Part shown: positions 14,270 through 35,616 of the stretch, in pieces
How the letters are laid out: each line of letters begins with the position of its first letter
Position numbering within the stretch: position 1 is the first letter of the stretch
NCBI GenBank assembly: GCA_964016885.1
Contig: OZ024755.1
Location: 4,960,001-5,024,000 of the forward strand
Direction of reading: 5' to 3'
DNA from: Eledone cirrhosa
Taxonomy: Eukaryota
Length of the DNA: 64,000 nucleotides
Made by a program: the position numbers and the translations under genes
The notes under the pieces: model-generated
Seen by the model: only the letters and a program-made list of their open reading frames with translations
Databases searched by the model: none
What the model was told of the DNA's origin: nothing

Positions 14270-16894
14270 ACATGACTATGTTCAAGTTTTAACATTATAA
14301 TCAGTTTTTTTAGTTTTTTTTTTATTACAATCCTATTTATAAAACACATCAGTCAAATGCAGCTTGTTCTTGTGTTAACATGCTTGTGGTTTGTTGTTGA
14401 TGTAAAGAGGGTTTTAGAGAGTATTTTCTAGTATATTATTAGTCTTAATTTATAGGTTTGGTGTAATAGTAGTTTTTGTGTTACATTTACGAGACTCTTC
14501 ATTATGTGTTTGTCTGGTCATATAGTTTATATGAATGATAGACTTCATGTGTAAAGGGTGTAATGTTGGAGCATATCTGTTGCCTTGTATTTCTGCCTAT
14601 ATTCATCTATGTCTTGCTCTGTTAGTCTGTTTTGATATCCATTGTTTCATCATTGTCTGCTTTAATCCATGGAGTTCTTTATCTGGTCTGTCATTTGTGG
14701 AAGTGAATCTAAATGTTCTTCAAAGTAGAGACTTTACCACCAATATTTTTACAGCTGTGGAGACATTTGCTGTGGGGATATTTATTGTCACCCTATAGCT
14801 GTAGGGATATTTATTGTCACCTTAAAGATGTGGGAACATTTATTGTCTCCCTATAGCTACAGGGACATTTGCTGTCAGCCTATGACTGCAAGGATTGTTC
14901 CCTATAGCTACAGGGATAGTTCCCTATAGCTGTCGAGACATTTGCTGTCTCCCTGTATGGGTGGGGATTATTTGTTTGTTTTTTTAAGTTATTAATATTT
15001 TTCAACATAAAATATGTACCAAACTTGATAAAATAAATAATCTGGATCAATATAATTGTATAAATCCTTTAAAGTTGGTGCCAGCATAACAACCATCTCA
15101 GTCCAGTGACTGAAACCAGTAGAATACAATAATATGTAACAGTTTCAATATTTATTTGCCATTTATCTCAGACAGACATTAAACTAATTTTTGATTTTTC
15201 TCCATTTTTTTAATTTTCAGATAATGATCTGTTTGAAGCAACGGCACTGTATGACTTTGAAGGACGGACGGAAAGGGAACTATCTTTCAAGAAAGGCAAT
15301 ACATTGGTGATATTCAAGCAAGTCTCCAGCGACTGGTGGGAAGGTTGCTTTAATGGCAAAGAAGGCCTCATACCCGATAAATATGTAACACTTAAAACCG
15401 GGTACGTGTATATTATGTGTGTAGAGTGTACATGTCTAAGTGTGTGTGTGTGTGTGTGTAAGGTATACTTGTCTTAGTGTGTGTGTGTCGGGTTTACCTG
15501 TCTTTGTGTATGTGTATAGAGTATACTTATCTTTGTGTGTATATATAACCCATGCCAACATGGGTTATATATACAAAAATGTATGTGTGTAAAGTATAGT
15601 TGTCTTTGTGTGAGTGTAGATGTGTGTAATCCAAGCCAGCTTAGAAAAATGTATGTGTAGAATATACTTGTCTTTGGTTTTGCCCATAAAATCTGTCCAG
15701 CAATTCTTTCCTGAGACATTCTAACCTCTGTAGCAGCAATCAAGCCAAGAAATGTTTACATTATTTTATTATTTATTTCCAAATATTCCAATGAATGTTT
15801 AGTGTTGTTTGTTGGTTTTTTAAAAAGAGGTTTAATGTATTTTTCTGTTTCTCTCCAGGCGTGAGGATAAAAGAAACCACAGTAGTAGCGGTGATGAAGA
15901 TAAACACAGCTCTACATATTCTTTGCCATTGAAACCTCCGATGAGACAACTTAGTGATGATAGTGCCACCAACCAACAGCTGGCGAAATGCATGTCTCAA
16001 CCAAATATTCTTATTCAACAAGAGAGACCAGCCAGCCCTAAAACGTCTGTACAATGTCCTTCATCGCCAAAAATGCACATGAAGCTTGAGGCCCCGCCTC
16101 TTCCAATGATTCGTGAAAGAGTTGTTAAAGAACACTCTACAAAAGAAGAAAAATCAGAGCCGCCCCAACCAACTAGTGTAACTGCCACCAGCACCACCTC
16201 AACAGCGACAACGACAACTGCAATATCAAGTTCTGTGAGCAGCGAAGAAGTGGCAGCTATTGAAGACGCACTTGCCAAGATGATGTCTGGCATAAAGTCT
16301 TTAGAAGTACAACAGAAAACTGATAAAAGGATGAGCTTGCCAGCCATGAAGAGTAAACCCACTCCAAAACATACACCTGATTTAGTTTTAGACCTTCCTG
16401 AAGGGTCAGACTCCCCACCCTCACAGGAGAATAGTGAGCCTGGTAGCCCCACTGTCATTAGTGGTGCTGATGCTTTTGCTAAGTCCAATCAAAGTACATT
16501 AAAAAAAGGAGGACATCCGTTATTGCGCACACCAATAGCAATCAATCGGCATAGTGCCCCTGAGGACACACAGCCACCAGGTGGACTTGTGCAGTCATCA
16601 GTATTAAAGAGAAACTTTAGCACACAAGTGCCTGGTGGCCGTATTTGTCCAAGCCCCATGCCTCCTGCAGGACTTGCAGAAGTTCCTAGTGAAGGGATTT
16701 GTTCTACAACCCCACCTCCAATACCAGAGAAGCCTAAAGTCTCTATGAAAGCTAAACCTCCTGTTATGCGCAAACCTACAAAGTCTCCGGATCCCCAACG
16801 TAAATTTAACCCATCCGATGAAATTGCTGCGATAGCAACATCTACGACTCCTCCGACAGTGGCAACTACAGCTGCTTCGTCAACCAAGCAATAA
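3..16894 (+). CDS. SRGAP: SLIT-ROBO Rho GTPase-activating protein (srGAP family: F-BAR/FX, RhoGAP, SH3, C-terminal tail); 5' end outside the window, multi-exon
   Basis: Hand-spliced GT-AG exons in one continuous frame: <1-86, 364-492, 804-1025, 1394-1486, 1876-2046, 2469-2581, 4053-4155, 4704-4764, 5415-5492, 5619-5753, 6569-6674, 7079-7288, 7718-7776, 15221-15401, 15859-16894 (TAA). F-BAR end: KYNENKLKALKARNDYLLCIESANAAINKYY. RhoGAP: KLFGGSLEEY, IPLIIRSCIRVIN, HQGIFRVSG (arginine finger), VAGVLKLYFREL, ENMMDPYNLAICFGPTL. SH3: ALYDFEGRTERELSFKKG...DWWEG...GLIP. Tail motif: TPDLVLDL. Confidence 0.95.
113..350. repeat. 22-bp intronic minisatellite (ccccaccttacttttctaccaa-type), ~10-11 copies
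   Basis: Period 22 visible (e.g. 181 and 203); fills most of intron 87-363. Confidence 0.9.
1585..1790 (-). mobile_element. degenerate RTE-type LINE 3' remnant with an internal tandem duplication
   Basis: GC-richer insert with duplicated 'gggatgtggtctggggg..ccaagaat.ctggaagtctccactgc'; resemblance to RTE 3' ends judged by eye only. Confidence 0.35.
2925..3172 (-). mobile_element. SINE-like repeat with (GAT)n tail
   Basis: (cat)n then 'ccacgctagcatgggttagacgg...ttctacagctggatgcccttcctaacaccaacc'; many related copies elsewhere in the window (~7915, 11960, 13050, 23890, 24240, 27540, 29480, 62335). Confidence 0.8.
3225..3470 (-). mobile_element. RTE-clade LINE ORF C-terminal fragment
   Basis: QERRLRWYGHVMHMKDDSCIKRCRALEVDGNRGVGRPKMTWDEVIKPDL matches the RLRWxGHV...GRP..TW pattern at the end of RTE reverse-transcriptase ORFs. 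Confidence 0.8.
3490..3840 (-). mobile_element. CR1/L2-type LINE 3' fragment
   Basis: TRGHAHKVRKQHSSHDFRKHFFTLRVAEAWNKLP matches the CR1-type TRGH...FF..RV...WN.LP C-terminus, followed by its 3' UTR. Confidence 0.8.
4053..7288 (+). CDS. SRGAP: srGAP RhoGAP-domain exons (6 exons)
   Basis: Exons 4053-4155, 4704-4764, 5415-5492, 5619-5753, 6569-6674 and 7079-7288 translate to a canonical RhoGAP domain containing GIFRVSG. Confidence 0.93.
5135..5372 (+). mobile_element. CR1/L2-type LINE 3' UTR fragment (same family as 3490-3840, opposite orientation)
   Basis: 'gccaacactacacctgatattcc...atcatgactcatacactgttcac...ctatgtactatacatgca' is the reverse complement of ~3490-3680. Confidence 0.75.
6060..6500. 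mobile_element. piggyBac-like MITE with TTAA target-site duplication and a nested SINE
   Basis: TTAA(6056-6059)|CCCATTAGCATTTA ... TAAACACTAAAGGG|TTAA(6501-6504); SINE inserted at 6232-6475; SINE-free relatives at ~8872-9070 (inverted) and ~31549-31752. Confidence 0.7.
6232..6475 (+). mobile_element. SINE-like repeat with (GAT)n tail; near-identical inverted copy of 2925-3172
   Basis: Reverse complement of 2925-3172 with few substitutions; ORF-track peptides 2995+ and 6134- are almost identical. Confidence 0.85.
7376..7506. repeat. short-period (~22-bp) AT-rich tandem repeat
   Basis: Recurrent 'ttaaatatag(t/c)tacaaa', ~6 copies. Confidence 0.7.
8872..9070. mobile_element. piggyBac-like MITE, inverted relative to 6060-6500
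   Basis: 'cccctttagcatttacattactctatat...gccagtttaaatgctaaaaag|ttaa'. Confidence 0.6.
9967..9978 (+). CDS. candidate 12-nt srGAP microexon (adds A-S-I-C before the SH3 domain)
   Basis: ttcttgcag|CCTCCATCTGTG|gtaagc; phase 1-1 and frame-preserving; CTAAC branch point at ~9929; long AG-free zone upstream. Confidence 0.55.
11128..11300. mobile_element. pogo/Tigger-like Tc1-mariner MITE remnant
   Basis: Degenerate TIRs 'gtatatacttgtatataag ... cttatattcgagtatatac'; relatives at ~27200-27378 and ~34225-34425 (plus the duplicated copies). Confidence 0.55.
13345..13680. repeat. tandem array built from a SINE sub-fragment (~33-45 bp units)
   Basis: Repeated 'accttacagggtggactgggtagtttt...gtgtcaccagcacaacc'; explains ORFs 13363+ and 13403-. 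Confidence 0.75.
14755..14960. repeat. degenerate ~30-bp tandem repeat
   Basis: Recurrent 'ctatagctgtagggatatttattgtcac' variants. Confidence 0.6.
15221..15401 (+). CDS. SRGAP: srGAP SH3-domain exon (missing from the ORF track)
   Basis: ttttcag|AT...CCGG|gtacgt; translates (D)NDLFEATALYDFEGRTERELSFKKGNTLVIFKQVSSDWWEGCFNGKEGLIPDKYVTLKTG. Confidence 0.95.
15859..16894 (+). CDS. SRGAP: srGAP terminal exon (Pro/Ser/Thr-rich tail)
   Basis: ctctccag|G acceptor in phase with the SH3 exon; open to TAA at 16894; contains the 323-aa ORF-track call. Confidence 0.9.
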
Positions 16895-18176
16895 AGATAA
16901 ACACAAACATTTAAAGAGATTTCTGATTTCTGTGAAGGAAAAAAATGAAAAAAAAATGTTATGAGAAATAGATACCATAAGAATGGTATGGAAGTAAAAA
17001 GTGTAAAACTCTAGTAATAAATAAACAAGACAGAAATAATATTTCTTCTTATCAACAGGCCAGAGTTATCTGTTGATAAAAAGGAAAGTGGATGTATCTG
17101 GAAAAAATGACTGTAGAAATTACTAGTGTAAGCTTTCTGGGCATTGCCATTTTTGATATCCATTGCAGAGCAAAGGATCTACAATAGCTTACATCACACT
17201 TCTTATCCCTTCCCCCCATATCTCCTCTCTGTCTTAATATTTTTGTTTTTTATAACTTAACCCTGTTTTGGATTCTTCTTCCCATAGGTCAGTTTGAAAT
17301 TGTGTTGTAAATGCTAAAAATGAACACATTTTTTTTTTTTTTTTTTTTGAGGGAGGGTGGGTGCATACATTACCAACATACTCATTCATGTTTACTCTCA
17401 AAAATCATTGCCAAATATAATTTTTTTTTTTTCCTGATACAGACTGATTATATTAATTAAACAGAAGATATTTCTAAGTTTGATTTTTTTTTTTACCTTT
17501 GTAAAAAAACAAACCATTAAAATCAGTTAGGTGTTTGTATATACCGATTGATTTGTTACAGTTAATTATTGATTATGGCCTAACTAATTCTTCAAAGGAC
17601 AATGCACAGAAGTACAGAACAGATGTAAAACTGAAAAAGAAATCCCCCTCTAATGTAAAATTGTTGTATTAGTTATTATTACGATACAAGGTATTGACTT
17701 CTTAATAAAATGTAGAAACAGACTATTGTTTCTTTGCTATGTAGAACTGTGTGTAAGAGATGAAGTAAAAACTGGGGAAAATACAGTCAGAAAAAGATGT
17801 TTGAAAAAAAAACAAAAGGAAATGTGCAAAATATTTTACATCACCTCATCAGTGATAATGTTTTTAGCTTTATTAAAAGGGAATATATAAAATGTATGCA
17901 TTTTATAAGTGTTGCTTGTTATGGAAGCTAAAAAGAATGATTTATTCTCTCTATACTTCATGTTTTAATAGTTCAAACTGGAAATACTCTCTTATTTTTA
18001 GTAAAATTTTGTTATTTAATGCAATCAAGAAAGCCATGTAGATTCAGCTTTTCAATACCCAACTTGATGTCTCTTATTTCTGGGGTCAGCTTTTTTTTCT
18101 TTTCTTCCTCCACAGGGATCAATAAAATAAGTATCAATAATTATCTTGGGTTAAATCAATCAAATATATTATGTTT

Positions 18177-18233
<57 letters not shown>

Positions 18234-19049
18234 GGTTGTTGTATTAAAGAAAGAATATGTTTCATGTAACCAACTGCAGGGCAAGCTTTTTAAGCAGCTT
18301 GTTTCATTTCTATCAATGAATGTGTATCTAGTACCACTAGTTGATCTAACAAAATTACTAGCAACACATGCTGAGCCCTTCACAACCAGTCTACCTTAGA
18401 AGCAACACATGCTGAGCCTGATCCCTTCACCTCTGTTGTCTACTTTTGAATAAACCCATGCTGAACCCCTCCATAATATCCTCTACACAACATCCTGCTT
18501 CAGCTGTGTTCTAACTACTGTAACCCCTTCCATCAACACCTACCTGTTGATTTCTTTCTCTCCTACTTCTGTTGTTAGAGCAGAAGCTTCAGCTTTTCCT
18601 CTCAAATCTCTTTTAGCCGTTTTGATACCAAACCACCTGTAAATACCTCTGGTTCTACAATACTAAGCTATATATTTTAATACCAAACCACCTGTGAACA
18701 CCTTTACAGAGCTAACTATCATATGGAAAATTTAAGTTTTTGCTTTAGTTTACTGAAACTTCTCACAAAAATCTGTCCACTAGTAAAGATACTATAAACA
18801 GTTGAATTGTTAAAGCCATTTTTAGATATTTTCTGCTAAATTATTACAGGAAGTTAATAATTGGACAATTTGGAGTTGAAATATTTATGTGTTACTCTTT
18901 CTTGTGGTAATCATATTCAGATGGTGTACAGGTATCATTAAGCTCCTACTAAAAGATAATTAGTACTAATGGTGGTGGTAATTAGAGTAATAAGAATGTT
19001 TATCATCAAATTTTGTTGTTAATTATTGTAAACACAGAGCCAATTATCT

Positions 19050-19200
19050 TAAGGATTCTGGAAAATTCTACAAGTTCAGTGATGCAACACCGATGGAAGA
19101 GTTTGTGGACTACAAGGGGGACTATGTTGAAAAATAAACCTCATTTTGGTCACATTCCATGAGTATCTTGGTCAGCCTGTGAAATTTTCAGCCAATACCT
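19050..19200 (+). mobile_element. mariner-like transposase 3' end remnant
   Basis: 'caccgatggaagagtttgtggactacaagggggactatgttgaaaaataa' resembles the mariner C-terminus RW.KC...GDYVEK*, with frameshifts. Confidence 0.6.
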
Positions 19201-20959
19201 GAAGACAAATTTCAACTACAATAACTGTTTTACACTAATGTTGGAAATATTTCTTACTAAATTCTAAACTATTTTATAATTAGCAGAAGACATTGCTAAA
19301 ATCAAAAGACATTTAAAAAAGTTACCAATATATAGACGTGGGAATTATATACTCTTTTATTGGTTTCAATCATCAGACTGCGGCCATGATGGGGCACTGC
19401 TTTAAAAGGATTTTTTATTGTTGTTATCAATAATTATATTGGCAACCAGTAGTTTGTTTTCAAGCCTGATGATAATTTTATTGATCCCTCTTAGTCAAAC
19501 TGCTAAGTTACAGGACATAAACGTAAACAGACTCACACACACATATACACACAGCAGGCTTCTGTAGTTTCCAGGTCTTCATGGATGGGAAGGTCAGGGT
19601 TGGATTTGGTAAGAAATGTTACTTCACAGATCATCTCTTGATGCTGCATGTTAGAAGGAGCTATATGAGAAAGGGTAGGTGTAGATTTCAGTGTGCCAAA
19701 TAGTAGCTGAAACACTACATACTATTCATATCTATATGCCATCACTACAGGTTCTAACTGAAGCTGTGGGAAATGTTATTAAACCCAAATATATATATAT
19801 ATATATATATCTGTGAACATAAACATCTTATTGGGTGTAGATTGTAAAAGGTGACCAGCTTGATCAGAGTTTTATTGTAGTAATGGCGGTGGTAGTAGTA
19901 GTAGCAGCAGTGTTACCACTGGAACGAAAGGATGGTCATCTCAAAACAGCGTAATGAGGCTGTGAGTGTCTGTATTTGTGTATGTATACCAAATGTCTGT
20001 ATTTGTATATAAGTGTGTGTGCTTGTATTTATGTGTACGTGAGTGCCAGGTGTACCTGTTTTTGTGTGTATGTGTGTGCCAGATGTGTCTGTGTGTGTGT
20101 TATTTTAAAGGGAGGAGGATATAAGATACATGTGACATAGAGGATAATTGGAAGTTTCTCTGGGACAACAGGCTTCATTCAGACTACTAAAGAAATCTGA
20201 CAGCTGGAAGAGAACTACTAGCCAGAGGAAAGGTGATTTTATGGTGGAACAGTATTGTGGATAGGACCAGTAAATCTAAGAGACAGGTGTGGAAAGATTG
20301 AGAAAAATGGTGGCAGTAAAGAGCAATAGCAAGTAGCTAAAAGAGAAGCTAGACTACGGGTTTATTTGGTTTGTAGAGAAACAGAAAGTAAGGGATTTGC
20401 CAACATTCTCTGGCGTGAAGGTCAGGGGCGTGAGGTGTTCAGCGTTGTGAAGCAAAGTCTGTGTGTGAATCAGGATGTCGTTGGAGGAAAAAGTGAGTTC
20501 AAAATTACTGGCACAATTAGCGTCACTGACACTCAGGAGAGACCAGGAACTGGTACTATGAGAGGTTGATGAAGGTAAAGAATGAGTAGAAGGAAGAGAG
20601 ACTACTCCCAGTAGACTCGAAGGACCAGCTATTGAAATAAACTTACCAAAAGGACCAGCTATTGAGATAGATTGAACAGAAGGGACCAGTTATCTAAAAA
20701 GACAATTATCGGGTCAACAAAGCAATGTGGCAGAAAGTTGTAAAGCTACTGGACCCCCAGAGATAGACCCTGAGGAGTCCACAAGTCACCTACATAATCA
20801 ATCAGGTCATACAAGATGATGTCATACCTAATTACAGCTGCAGTAATATATGGTGTCACACCTAATTACAGGTACAGTAATATAAGATGGTGTCATACCT
20901 AATTACAGGTACAGTAGTATAATCGTCCCCTCTAAAGATGTGCTCTTGATTAAAATATA

Positions 20960-21190
20960 TCCTACAATAGAATCAGAGTCACTCCAGATAGAGCTGCTAC
21001 TTCTCCGAATTGAGAGACAACTACGCTATTACGGGCAAAAACCAACCGGCAGGAGACCTAGAGCAAGATGGTTGGATAATATCCTTAAGCTCGGCTGGTC
21101 TCCCATGGGGATCCAGCTGGATCAGTTAGAGACGGTTGCTTGTGGCAGGACCCACAGGCAGGAGTGTTTGAGGACTCTGGCCCCATGAAT
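20960..21190 (+). mobile_element. RTE-clade LINE 3' fragment
   Basis: LLLRIERQLRYYG...PTGRRPRARWLDNILKLGWSPMGIQLDQLETVA is an RTE C-terminal pattern; minus-strand relatives at ~24660-24740 and ~25598-25790. Confidence 0.65.
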
Positions 21191-21559
21191 ATCTCAGGAA
21201 TAAGTGGGCGAAGAATAATACATTTGGTATGTTGCGACAATTTTACAGAAAAAAACCAACTTATCAAGATTCGCTCATAATTAAAATACAGGCTCTGCTG
21301 CAATTCGGGCCGAGGAGGGTAAACTCTCCAAATATCGGTCGATCTCCGACAGGATTGCGTGGGGTCCCCATTAGCTTATAATAGAAGAGAGACGGAGGCA
21401 GTGACTATACTAGCATTGCTAAAGTATTTTGTAGAGACAAAGATTATCCCCATATAGCTATCTATCTATGGTATTGTTTTTAATTACACTAAAAATAAAA
21501 ATAAGCCGAATCATGTTTATTTTCTTACATCTGACATGTTGCGACAAATTTACACTACA

Positions 21560-21702
21560 CAGAAATGTGACTTCCATATCCGGTGCACACAATGCGCATG
21601 TCGCTGTGAACGGAAGTGACGTATGACAGCTTTTCACTTTCATCCTGGTCTCTACTCATCCTGGTTCTTCTCGAAGCACCCGGACGAAAATAACAGCACA
21701 AG
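21560..21702 (+). promoter_or_regulatory. probable DMTF1 promoter and non-coding first exon
   Basis: Local CpG enrichment; NRF1-like TGCGCATG (21593); overlapping ETS/CRE-like CGGAAGTGACGT (21611-21622); donor-like CAAG|gttggt at 21702, matching the 5'-UTR acceptor at 24453. Confidence 0.5.
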
Positions 21703-22135
21703 GTTGGTTACACGTGGTTATGTCGACCGTCAGGTTATCATGTTGTTTTCTTGTTGCCATCCTCTATTGTTAGCAATGTCTTGTCACTTGTACATTGTTT
21801 TATATATAAATTATAAGACGATCAATATATAAGAGAGTGTTCATTACAAAATGGCGCTTGTGTAACTGTACAAGCACTGTTTGACGAAGGCGGAGACGTT
21901 GAAGTGTAGTAATGTTAAGTAATTTTAGTACTGCTACTAAGTCTGTTTGACTTCCAACGTCGGTCATTATATAGACACGGACATATATATATATACACTC
22001 ACACACACATATATTTATACATATGTATATATATACACAGGGTGCCCCCAAATGTGACCACACCTTGATTACCTGTACAGGCAATATTTATTACAATGTT
22101 ATTGAAGTGTGTATACACTCAAGCACATATATATG

Positions 22136-22320
22136 TACATTCCCGATGATGTCATACGAATGAAACAGTTCTAGTCCTGTAGAAGTCATTATATATATAT
22201 ATATATATAATAAAGATGCCTATACTCTACCAATGTATTGAGTACCTTTTTTAACTGTGATCACCTCTCGATCGACTCAACTCGGGAATCTAAATATTTG
22301 ATACCTCGTTCCTACTCAAT
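22136..22320 (+). mobile_element. Penelope-like terminal-repeat remnant with a degenerate hammerhead
   Basis: Homologous to 61545-61690: 'ttcccgatga..cgaatgaaacagttctagtcctgtagaag', then 'atactct...tgtattgagt.cctt...actgtg.t.acc'. Confidence 0.5.
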
Positions 22321-22327
22321 ATATACA

Positions 22328-22425
22328 CAGGGTGTCTCCCAGAAATGTAGATACACACTTCAGCATTCTAATTGATTGCCTGTACAGGTAATCAAAATTT
22401 GTATACATTATTGGGGGACACCCTG
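22328..22425. mobile_element. ~100-bp Tc1/mariner-type MITE
   Basis: TIRs CAGGGTGTCTCCC ... GGGGGACACCCTG; partial copy at ~22038-22085. Confidence 0.6.
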
Positions 22426-22504
22426 TCAATATATATATATACGTATTAAAGTTTCCGTTGAAAATTGAAAAAGTCAGAGGAATGAAGAGTGCTCTATGTA
22501 AGTT

Positions 22505-22581
22505 ACAGAGCTAAATATTTAATATATACACACACACACAACGTTTATGTATATATATATATATATATACACACACACAAC

Positions 22582-22638
<57 letters not shown>

Positions 22639-22640
22639 AC

Positions 22641-22683
<43 letters not shown>

Positions 22684-22722
22684 ACGTTTTTATATATATA
22701 TATATATACACACACAACGTTT
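22505..22722. repeat. compound (TA)n/(CA)n microsatellite with higher-order periodicity
   Basis: Five blocks of (TA)n-(CA)n-acgttt. Confidence 0.85.
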
Positions 22723-23089
22723 GATCAACCACAACTTCATTGATCGTGTCTATATTAACTAGTATAATTCGAATCATTATATCGATGAGATAAAAACTGA
22801 TTAACTTGTAGCATTTACTATGTTTTTGAAGTTGAGTTGGTTTTATTTATTCTGTAGTTGATATAAGTTAAACTTTACAAGGCGTCATGTCAACGTTATG
22901 GAAAGGGAGAAAAACGTTGGAATTCTAACGATGACATTTGTAATTTTATAGTCATATATTATATATTATAAAGAAGAGAGACGGTTATATATGTGTGTAC
23001 ACCTACTTATTATGTAGAGTTCTTTGCGTCTGTTTACTAAAAAAAAGTCGGTAGATTATCTGATCAACAATCTTTCCTAAATTGAATAT

Positions 23090-23433
<344 letters not shown>

Positions 23434-23572
23434 TAAGGTTTGTTGGTTCACCACTGGATAGAACTGGTCATTCCGTATGGTCAATCCTGGTGTAATATTG
23501 TGAAGAGTACTCAACGCAGTGCAGTTCACCCATCTTCGTTTGTGTAGTTGGTGGTGCGAATACGGAGTTAAT

Positions 23573-23754
23573 TATAAATGAAATAACAGGAGGTTGGACT
23601 GGTGTAAATCCTTGAAAGGTTTATTATACTATGATCATTTCAATGACAGGGTTCCATATGAATCCGGTGATATCATCAGGTATTGGAATATAACATAGTA
23701 TAATAAACCTTTCAAGGATTTACACCAGTCCAGCCTCCTGTTATTTCATTTATA
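23573..23754. mobile_element. ~180-bp hairpin element (~60-bp inverted arms); possibly a Penelope-like inverted terminal repeat
   Basis: tataaatgaaataacaggagg...tttattatactatg versus catagtataataaa...ttatttcatttata; the loop carries CTGATGA on the minus strand. Confidence 0.65.
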
Positions 23755-24522
23755 TATATATATATATATATGGAATAGAAATAACCAGGATTAAATTATT
23801 TAATTGCTTTACGAACCTTTCTATGAATACAGTAAAAAAAAATTCCATTTTTTCTCCTCTGTACTTTTATAGTCATATATATATATAATCATCGTTAACG
23901 TCCACTTTCCACGCTAGCATGGGTTAGACGGGTTGTCCCATTTGTGGCAAGTTGGGCCAAGTACAGAATTGTTTCTAGCTAGATTTCTACTGCTGGATGC
24001 CCTTCCAGTGTGTGCTGGCTGATTTTTGTCGTAACTCCTATATATATATATATATATATCAACAATCGTTTTTTAACCATTGATCTTTGGTAGAATTGCG
24101 GAAATATTAACTTTCTTTTTAACTATTTTCCTCTCATGTCTTTGAAGTGTTAGTCTAATTCCAATTGCTCCACCTTTGATTAATACAATGTAGTTTTAAA
24201 CTCCATTTCATTAAAAAAATATATTTTAATATTAGTCTTCATTGGTGCTATAAATGTGGTTAGTATTGGGAACAGCATCCAGCTGTAAAATAAAGCCAAA
24301 ATACAGTTCTGTTTGAGCAAGGTATAGCCAGCTGGCCAGACTTGTCTCATGATGTGAACGACCTGTCTAACCCATGCTAGCATGGAAAAAGAAGACGTTA
24401 ATGATGAAGATAAGTATTAAATTATTGTACTCTCATCTTCTTTTCTTTTTCAGTCATCTTAAACTCCAGTGAATGTTTATAAGACAATTTGTTTGAATGT
24501 GCTGATGTAAAGAATAGCCATT

Positions 24523-33740
<9,218 letters not shown>

Positions 33741-35616
33741 TCCTAGTACTTACAATAAAGTAGACTTAACTAAAGACAATTCAAAAACCAGACGACAGAT
33801 TAAGTCTACCACCCACATAGACTACGGTAAGATTAAACTCAGAATGCAAAGAGCTGAAACAAATATTTCAAGGCATCTCGTCCTACACTTTAACAATTCA
33901 GCCAATACGCTACTCAGAATTGTTACCTTATTAGAAAGAAGATAGTGTGTCTGTGTGAGGGAGAAAAACAGAAGAGTAATGATCTGTCTATGAAAAGAGA
34001 GGATTTTTTTCAAAAATCTCGGACGATTTAACGTATGTGCCTTAGAGCAAGGTCATTGTCGTCTGTTAAACAACGAAGACTGAACTAATGCATTATTTTC
34101 ATAATTTTTAACATTAATTACAGCTCTATTATATATAAAGTGGCTTTAATAAAGCAAAACAATGTTAAACTGGTGCAATCCAAAACTGAAGAAAGCCTGG
34201 GAAATAAAAGAGGAATTACTGTCTCTACTCAAATATAAGCCGACCCCACTATTTTATGTCCGACAAATGGGCAAAAATTCAAACTTTATTTACAGAGAAT
34301 TTGTAGTTGGTGAAAATTGTTAAAATATTGGCCCCGAATATAGGTGAACCCCCCCCTCCCCCCCTCACCATCTACCACTGACTTTTTGGTCACATATTCC
34401 TCAGCTTATATTTGAGTATATATATGGTATTATTACGAAATATATTATTTATCCTCAAGTTATAAATTAGGAAAATATTCCATTTTGGTAGTTTCAGTCG
34501 TTTGTTGAATTTATTCAATTTATTTTGTTGTTGTATATATGTAATTATTTACTGTATATATTATTTGTGTATATAAATGTATATATATATATAACTTATG
34601 AATAAAACATTTAAAATGTCATGTTGATCTTTAATAATTTGTCCTGCTTTCTTTAACACCAAAACATTGAAACAGAAATAGTCCCCATAAAATTAAAGTC
34701 TTTGGACAAACATTGCAGTTAGGTCCATTATCGTAGGACTCGTAGCAACCAAAATGCTCTGCCAACTCATGTACAACCTTGCGATGTTCTCAATTCATTG
34801 GTGAAAAGTAATGACTCCGATAGTTCTGTTTCATCTGAAGAAGACAGAAAAGGAAACCTTTGGAAGGTGTATTGAACAAAATGGGATATTTCTACATTGT
34901 AACTAGTGCCAAGTTGAATCAGCCTTTGTCTTTTGCTTGGACATCATATTGTTATACTTGGGGATGCCAGAAATAATAATAAAACACACTCACAGTTTGG
35001 TTTTCACTTCACTTAGAACAACATGACCCTCATCAAGTATAACAATATTTGTTTCAACATGATTTTATATCAAAAACCTTGCAAAACAAATATATATATA
35101 TATGTACACACCGTTACTTCACTGTGTTATAAGCTACATACAACTGACATAGAGTGCTTACACCATAGTTTATGGATTAAGATGGTACAAATAGACACAT
35201 AAATAAAGAAAGCAATATATATACATATTTGCCCATAACGCAGAAAATTCTTATATATATACCGAAACCTTTTAAGGAACTGGAAAAGGAGTTTGCTATG
35301 CTTGTGGATTTTTTGAAAGGGGAAAAAAAACAATACAATACATATGGTGATCGTCATGTGAAGGAGGAAAGATGGTAGTGTGATGGACTCCACGGACACT
35401 GATAAGGGTAGCTTGGATCAGGGTAGAAAGTTATCCCTGGTGAGTGAAAAGCCTAACCATTGTTTCAGCTACAGAGGCGGAGGAATTAAGATATGGTGGG
35501 TTTGAAGAAAACAGAGTTGGATGTTGTCGATGTAATGACTATATAGCTCAGAGGTGAATAAACTAGCAAAGATTTCAACATAGTTAACAAGTGAGTCGGG
35601 GGTGTTTCAGTGGAGG

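Noticed and set aside
16015-16887. 157-aa and 132-aa minus-strand ORFs
   Set aside because: Antisense shadows of the srGAP terminal exon.
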